Origin: Planctomycetota bacterium
GTDB taxonomy: Bacteria; Planctomycetota; Planctomycetia; Pirellulales; Pirellulaceae
Assembly (NCBI GenBank): GCA_051745935.1
Contig: JBNJEM010000193.1
Span: 1 to 11,635, forward strand
Direction of reading: 5' to 3'
Length of the DNA: 11,635 nt
The notes below the pieces were generated by a model that did not search any database, had not been told where the DNA came from, and saw only the letters and a program-made list of their open reading frames with translations. Both the position numbers and the translations under genes were made by a program. Within the stretch, counting starts at the first letter, position 1. Each line of letters starts with the position of its first letter. This document shows, piece after piece, positions 7,351 through 11,635 of this stretch.

Positions 7351-7896
7351 GTGAAACTTCAAAACAAGAGCTTTGTGGTCCTCGTCGAGGATCTCTATGA
7401 AGATCAAGAACTCTGGTATCCGGTGCGACGGTTGACCGAGGCTGGCGCACAAGTCACGATCGTGGGGCCCAAACCCGAAACGACCTACACGTCGAAGCAC
7501 GGGTATCCGGCGAAATCGGAGAAGGCGGCCGACCGAATATCCCCAGTCGATTTCGAGGGCATCATCGTGCCCGGTGGGTACGCACCGGACCGGATGCGTC
7601 GTCACAAGGGAATGGTGGAGCTGGTCCGCGAAGCCTTTCAATCTGGAAAAATCGTGGCGGCGATCTGTCATGGAGGCTGGCTGCTCTGTTCAGCGAAGAT
7701 TCTGAAGGGCAAGAAAGTAACCAGCTTTTCATCGATTCGAGATGATATTGAACATGCCGGGGCGACGTGGGTCGATGAAGAGGTTGTACAGGATGGGAAT
7801 CTCATTACCAGCCGCACGCCCGACGACCTCCCCGCCTTCCTCCGCACGATTATCGCGGCGTGCGAGGAGGAAACGGAACAAAAGGGGGCTCGGTAA
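7351..7896 (+). CDS. DJ-1/PfpI family protein (intracellular protease/amidase, YhbO-like)
   Basis: 181-aa ORF with GTG start preceded by AAAAGG. Nucleophile-elbow Cys in the AAICHGGW context, GIIVPGGYAPD, and C-terminal LITSRTPDDLPAF, all typical of PfpI/DJ-1 class I glutamine-amidotransferase-like proteins. It is the only plus-strand gene in the window. Confidence 0.9.
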   Translation: MKLQNKSFVVLVEDLYEDQELWYPVRRLTEAGAQVTIVGPKPETTYTSKHGYPAKSEKAADRISPVDFEGIIVPGGYAPDRMRRHKGMVELVREAFQSGKIVAAICHGGWLLCSAKILKGKKVTSFSSIRDDIEHAGATWVDEEVVQDGNLITSRTPDDLPAFLRTIIAACEEETEQKGAR

Positions 7897-7948
7897 CCGG
7901 GCCTGATATTCAAAACGCTCGTTCACGCAAATGAAACGCCGGGGAAAG

Positions 7949-7995
7949 CACGAAGCACGAATGACGAATACACGAAGGAATGACGAATGACGAAC
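7949..7995 (+). repeat. Degenerate tandem heptamer array, (C/G)ACGAA(G/T) x ~7
   Basis: cacgaag cacgaat gacgaat acacgaag gaatgacgaat gacgaac: the ACGAA pentamer recurs 7 times in 47 nt at 7-10 nt spacing, 55-100 nt downstream of the pfpI stop. Confidence 0.7.
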
Positions 7996-8294
7996 ATGTT
8001 GCGTTAGGGCTCACCATCCAAGACGAGGTCGGCGATTCCGTTTACCCCACCAAGGTTTCTCCAAACGTGAAGCGGGGTTGGCGAGTCTGAGCTAGAAAGG
8101 GGATCAAGCCGTGCAAATCATGCCCGCGAGTTTTCCTCGCGGCGGAATCCCGAAAGACCCGGAGCAAATGGAAAACCACCGCGGCCCGGCGCGACACACT
8201 GACGCGGACAACGCCAAGCTGTCCCGCGGCGCTCCATCCGTGTTTGGTTGCGGGCGAGCGGAGCGAGGCGGCGCGAGTTAACCGCAAGTCTCGG

Positions 8295-8328
8295 ATATAC
8301 CGGTCGCGGATGACTTTGTCCGCCGCGA
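8295..8328 (-). repeat. 34-bp inverted repeat, right copy (reverse complement tcgcggcggacaaagtcatccgcgaccggtatat)
   Basis: Partner of 7116..7149. The two copies face each other, separated by 1145 bp, and bracket the pfpI gene plus its flanks. Confidence 0.8.
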
Positions 8329-8542
8329 CGGGGCGCATCGCATCGCGTCTGGCCCAATCACTGCCGGGCGAACGCCGCTTGTTTTGAGAAGCCGTGGGAG
8401 GGCTACGTGCGAGGCCCTGGCTGGCAAGAGGCCAACACGGAGGACCGCTGTCCGTCGCGGCCCCCCGATCGACCACGGTCGGAGACGGTGGTTTCGAGCC
8501 ACTGAACCCACACCGCTTTCAGTCCTCCATGGCGAGGCTCCC

Positions 8543-9361
8543 TCAAGTCGCTGCCGTCTTGCCAGTTAGCTCTACCGCGGCCGCCGGTTCCAGCACACGA
8601 AACATGAAGGACTCGGTGAGATACAACTCGATGGTATCTCGGTCATGCATGGTATACCCGATCGACCAGTCCTGGCCGATTGTCAACTCGAAATTGCCGG
8701 GGGCACCCGACAATAACAGGCCGCCTTGGAGAGTTGGGCAGCTTCGGATGTGGCCTTCCACGAGCTCCTGAATGACTCGATAGGGCGGATATCCGCCGTC
8801 GCCATCGGTCTGCAGACGCAATAGCGGTTCGGTCCCCAACAACAGGAAGTAAGGGCGTGGCACGCCAGCTTGTTGCAACTTCCGAACCGCCTCGGCCACG
8901 GCTTGAACCATCTCTCGCGGTTGTTTTGGCAAGGCCACCTTGCCTCGCCCGGCCTCCTGGAGGAGCCCTACCAGACGTGCCGACGGCATCCCGTGATAAA
9001 TGGCGGTTTCTTCAAACGCACAAGCCTGTTTGGCAACCGTTTCCAGGGGTTCCAGATCCGCGTCTTTCGCGCCTCGAGACACGGCGTCCAGTTCCATTTG
9101 ATTGAGCATGAAGGGCAACCGCGCCTCGATCAGGGGCATCACGCGTCGGGTTCCCCAAGGCACATCTTCCGGCCCGGCCTCGTCGGCGATATCCAGTCCC
9201 CCCAGGTTCACGGCCGCAAATTCCCAGCCGAACGGTCCCTCCACGTCAACGATTTCACGAGCCACCAGGTGCGTCTTAAGTAGCCGAGCCGCCGTCTCAT
9301 CGATCTCTCGCCACGCCGCATCGGTTAGAGGTGCGTGCGAACGCCTCAATAAATCAGTCAT
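8543..9361 (-). CDS. Family-1 encapsulin nanocompartment shell protein (linocin M18-like, HK97 fold)
   Basis: 272 aa. N-terminus MTDLLRRSHAPLTDAAWREIDETAARLLKTHLVAREIVDVEGPFGWEFAA aligns closely with the T. maritima encapsulin I recall ([49 protein letters not shown]). C-terminal ELTIGQDWSIGY...ESFMFRVLEPAA matches too. Size fits a T=1 shell protein. The ATG lies 3 nt after the cargo stop codon. Confidence 0.92.
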   Translation of the reverse strand: MTDLLRRSHAPLTDAAWREIDETAARLLKTHLVAREIVDVEGPFGWEFAAVNLGGLDIADEAGPEDVPWGTRRVMPLIEARLPFMLNQMELDAVSRGAKDADLEPLETVAKQACAFEETAIYHGMPSARLVGLLQEAGRGKVALPKQPREMVQAVAEAVRKLQQAGVPRPYFLLLGTEPLLRLQTDGDGGYPPYRVIQELVEGHIRSCPTLQGGLLLSGAPGNFELTIGQDWSIGYTMHDRDTIELYLTESFMFRVLEPAAAVELTGKTAAT

Positions 9362-9364
9362 GGG

Positions 9365-9754
9365 TCAGGATCCTTTCTTCAGTTTACCAATTCCCAAATC
9401 GCCCATCGCCGCCGCTTTGGGGACAGCCGTCGCCGCGGAAGCCTGGGGGGCGTCTTCCATGGCCGACTCCTCCACCTCCGTCACCGGCCCAGAGGTAAAC
9501 AGGTAGGTACCAAGTTGTTCGTCGAATTTCGGCATGCGTCGCCGTAGCCACTCCAAGGCCATCGCGGCATGCTCGATCTCTTCGTCACGATGGTGCGTTA
9601 AAATGGCCCCCAACTCTTCATCCGCCTCGACGTCAATTCGCTGCTGATACCAATCGACAGCTTCCAATTCTTCGATCAGCGTGGCCAAGGCCCGATGCAC
9701 GGACCGGGCCATCGCGCTAAGTTCACCCGTCGGTTCATGATAGGTTGTGGACAC
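9365..9754 (-). CDS. Encapsulated ferritin-like cargo protein (EncFtn) with C-terminal encapsulin targeting peptide
   Basis: Track ORF 9365..9895. Core IEELEAVDWYQQRIDVEADEELGAILTHHRDEEIEHAAMALEWLRR...LGTYLFTSGPVT is near-identical in pattern to R. rubrum EncFtn as I recall it (MEELEAVDWYDQRVD...ELTAILAHNRDEEKEHAAMTLEWLRR...LRTYLFTEGPIT). The C-terminal tail GDLGIGKLKKGS is a family-1 cargo-loading peptide. Start set at GTG (complement 9754-9752), 9 nt after a perfect AAGGAGG; STTYHEP then aligns with NSTHEP of the R. rubrum protein. ATG at 9712 is the alternative. Confidence 0.9.
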   Translation of the reverse strand: MSTTYHEPTGELSAMARSVHRALATLIEELEAVDWYQQRIDVEADEELGAILTHHRDEEIEHAAMALEWLRRRMPKFDEQLGTYLFTSGPVTEVEESAMEDAPQASAATAVPKAAAMGDLGIGKLKKGS

Positions 9755-9763
9755 GCCAGTTGT

Positions 9764-9770
9764 CCTCCTT
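9764..9770 (-). promoter_or_regulatory. Shine-Dalgarno AAGGAGG for encFtn (GTG start 9 nt downstream)
   Basis: Plus strand reads cctcctt. A perfect anti-SD complement with ideal spacing to the GTG at 9754. Confidence 0.6.
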
Positions 9771-10009
9771 CGTAAAAGAATGAGTTTGCGCGAACAAACA
9801 CCGCTCCCGCCAGCCCATTGAGCGGCAGCCAAGCGGCCCCACGTCATGGCCTGGAAACGTGGCACGTGGTCCATGACCTTGGCATCCGATAACAAACGTG
9901 GCTTCCCACGCCCAAAAGTCCATCGTGAGCGAGATCAGAGTGATTTCCCTCGATCGCGCCGCATGGTCCCCGCTGTTGCCCTCGCTCAGCCCCGAGATCA
10001 CCCCATGTT

Positions 10010-10049
10010 TCGCCATGGGAATGTCTCGCCATGGAAACTGTTCGGCCGA
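10010..10049. promoter_or_regulatory. Direct repeat TCGCCATGG (x2, 16-nt spacing) plus TTCGGCCGAA palindrome, upstream of encFtn
   Basis: tttCGCCATGGgaatgtcTCGCCATGGaaactgTTCGGCCGAAccgccatgcg, about 260-290 nt upstream of the encFtn start inside a 414-bp spacer. Candidate operator cluster. Confidence 0.25.
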
Positions 10050-10168
10050 ACCGCCATGCGCTTCCCCCCGGAACACCCGCAGTCTAACCAGAAGACATCA
10101 TCAGGCAAGAGGGGCTTTAACCATCCCGCGATAGTCATGCACCCTAACGGCGCGCCGCGGCGCTCACG

Positions 10169-10534
10169 CTACTGACGCTTCAGTTCGATCGGCAATTCGT
10201 CAATCTTGGCTGCCATGATGAAATCGTTTTCCGACAGGCCATCAATGGCATGCGTCCAAAGTTCAATGGTCACGTTGCGATAGCCGACTAAATGGAGATC
10301 CGGGTGATGCCCTTCCGACTCAGCCAGCTCGGCCACGCATTTGAAGAACCCGATCCCTGCCATGAAATCCTTCGCAACCCAGGTGCGCCGGATTCGCTTG
10401 CCGTCCTCGGTCAACTGCCAGCCCGGCAATTCTTTCAGCAACCGCTCCGCTTCCGCCCGTTCAATGGCGGGTACGCCCCCTTCGCACGCTTTGCACTTTT
10501 TCCCTTTCAGCTCTTCGCCTATTCCTCTATTCAT
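10169..10534 (-). CDS. Pterin-4a-carbinolamine dehydratase (PCD/DCoH, PhhB-type)
   Basis: 121 aa with the EGHHPD catalytic motif, the N-terminal KKCKACEGGVPA element seen in bacterial PhhB-type PCDs, and WTHAIDGLSENDFIMAAKID. An AGGAG SD lies 10 nt upstream of the ATG. Confidence 0.88.
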   Translation of the reverse strand: MNRGIGEELKGKKCKACEGGVPAIERAEAERLLKELPGWQLTEDGKRIRRTWVAKDFMAGIGFFKCVAELAESEGHHPDLHLVGYRNVTIELWTHAIDGLSENDFIMAAKIDELPIELKRQ

Positions 10535-10705
10535 TATCCACGTCTCCTGTGCTCGAGATTCTCTCTCACAAACGTCATCTTACACCTAGTGTTACAGTCC
10601 GGGACAAAACTTGGCTTCCGCTTCCCAAACGCCTTGAATGGCAGGAAACCGGAAGGGTTTGGCCATGGCTACACAACCGATCACGGGTAATCGCTTGGAA
10701 CATCC

Positions 10706-11161
10706 TCACGCGTCGTGCCGCATGATGTCCGCAATACCCAGATCCCTCGCCGCCTTCCGCTCAATCTCGGCCAGCTTCGACAGTTGATCTCGAACGTCAG
10801 GCGCCTTCAAACGGTCGGCCAGCAGGTCGATCAACGCTAGAATCTGCTCCCGCAAGTCAAAACATCTGTTCACCAGGGTTTCCGGGGGCTCATCTTGAGC
10901 GTGCGTGAGCGCGGACAGAGCGTGATTCACGTCTTCGGTGGGCGCAAACTGGACCCACGTGTCGAGAAACGCCTTTCGCTCCTGGCGTTCAAGGGTATCC
11001 AGGAACCGTTCGAGACGTTGTTCCCAGTGTCGAAAATAATCCAGAAGCAAGTTCAATCGGTCGTCCGTCGAATACTTGGCTTGAGCACAACATGCAGCCG
11101 CCTGCTCATGGACATTTCTTACATGCTCGAGAAGATCGCCAAGCTGCGTGAATGTGCTCAT
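10706..11161 (-). CDS. Hypothetical helical protein with a His/Glu-rich putative metal site (hemerythrin-like, HHE-type?) and a C-terminal tail resembling an encapsulin targeting peptide
   Basis: Track ORF 10706..11212. Start trimmed to ATG complement 11161-11159 (MSTFTQLGDLLEHVRNVHEQ...), which has GAGGA 5 nt upstream. Predicted all-helical with paired His/Glu motifs (HxxxxHE, HWEQ, H...HAQDE). C-terminus ...ARDLGIADIMRHDA. No family recognised with confidence. Confidence 0.55.
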   Translation of the reverse strand: MSTFTQLGDLLEHVRNVHEQAAACCAQAKYSTDDRLNLLLDYFRHWEQRLERFLDTLERQERKAFLDTWVQFAPTEDVNHALSALTHAQDEPPETLVNRCFDLREQILALIDLLADRLKAPDVRDQLSKLAEIERKAARDLGIADIMRHDA

Positions 11162-11635
11162 AATCGTCCTCGCTGGTCGCTGATTGCCCCCGGCTCGCCC
11201 GTGGCTTGTCACGTCCCCCGCATCCCACTCGCCACTCTAGCAACGATTTCTGGCGGCTTGCCGATTCACGCAAAAGATTTCGCCGAACCGCACGATAACC
11301 GGCACCGCGCTCATCGCGGCGACAACCACCGCTCCGATTCATCGTGACGCAAGCCCCATGCCACTGCCGACAAAAAGACGGAGCCGGGAAGACTCCTCGG
11401 ACCGGACGTCATGAAAAAGTGTAACAGCCCGTGACAAAACGCGGCCCCCGCCCCCAAAACTCCCTCGGTGAAAGGAAACCTGACTGGTTTTGTTATGGGG
11501 TCTAAGTATACCAACGCCCCTGCAAGAAAACGTGCGCGCCGTGCTCGCATCCGACGGCCTAAGACTCTAAGTTCGTGTAAACCATTTGGTTACGACTTGC
11601 ATGCGTGCCCGTGTTGAACCAAGGACCAAAGCGAC

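Noticed and set aside
8042-8771. ORFs 8042..8476(-), 8118..8357(-), 8278..8511(-), 8384..8569(+), 8394..8771(+)
   Set aside because: Low-complexity translations in the convergent spacer, or antisense to the encapsulin 3' end.
8857-10175. ORFs 8857..9105(+), 8870..9283(+), 9102..9506(+), 9735..10076(-), 9844..10032(-), 9846..10175(+), 9898..10134(+)
   Set aside because: Antisense to the encapsulin and EncFtn genes, or inside the encFtn leader. None has coding-like composition. The N-terminal 47 codons of track ORF 9365..9895 are likewise leader sequence, not protein.
10292-11550. ORFs 10292..10690(+), 10341..10589(+), 10895..11347(+), 11106..11342(-), 11311..11550(-)
   Set aside because: Antisense to PCD or the hypothetical gene, or low-complexity in non-coding DNA.
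11590-11620. Short similarity to 16S rRNA motifs (catgcaagtcg on the minus strand, ggttacgactt on the plus strand)
   Set aside because: Only about 11-nt matches, and the flanking sequence does not continue as rRNA. Chance level.
1-11635. Searched for tRNA, CRISPR repeats, transposase/integrase genes and toxin-antitoxin pairs
   Set aside because: No T-loop/anticodon-stem candidates. No regularly spaced direct repeats beyond the heptamer array. No recombinase-like ORF on either strand.

Overview
High-GC (~60%) bacterial window with low coding density: non-coding spacers of about 0.4–0.9 kb. All genes but one are on the minus strand. I can support three modules. (1) Positions 1-1869: a membrane-fusion-protein + RND permease efflux pair, the permease running off the window start. 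(2) 2353-6418: a complete four-gene group 3b (sulfhydrogenase-type, cytoplasmic, NAD(P)-linked) [NiFe]-hydrogenase operon in the order beta-gamma-delta(small)-alpha(large), tightly coupled. No hyp/maturation-protease genes are in the window. (3) 7351-11161: an apparent iron/oxidative-stress neighbourhood. It holds a plus-strand DJ-1/PfpI gene, a classical family-1 encapsulin operon (EncFtn cargo directly upstream of the shell gene), a pterin-4a-carbinolamine dehydratase, and a 151-aa helical His/Glu-rich hypothetical protein. The hypothetical's C-terminus resembles the encapsulin targeting peptide, so it is a candidate second cargo. Structure not explained by genes: a 34-bp near-perfect inverted-repeat pair brackets the pfpI cassette 1.18 kb apart; a degenerate ACGAA heptamer array follows pfpI; the 930-bp divergent spacer contains several perfect palindromes and a C-rich pyrimidine tract; CCATGG-containing direct repeats lie upstream of encFtn. 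No rRNA, tRNA, CRISPR array or transposase was seen. All homology statements rest on my memory of reference proteins (P. furiosus HydBGDA, R. rubrum EncFtn, T. maritima encapsulin), not on searches.
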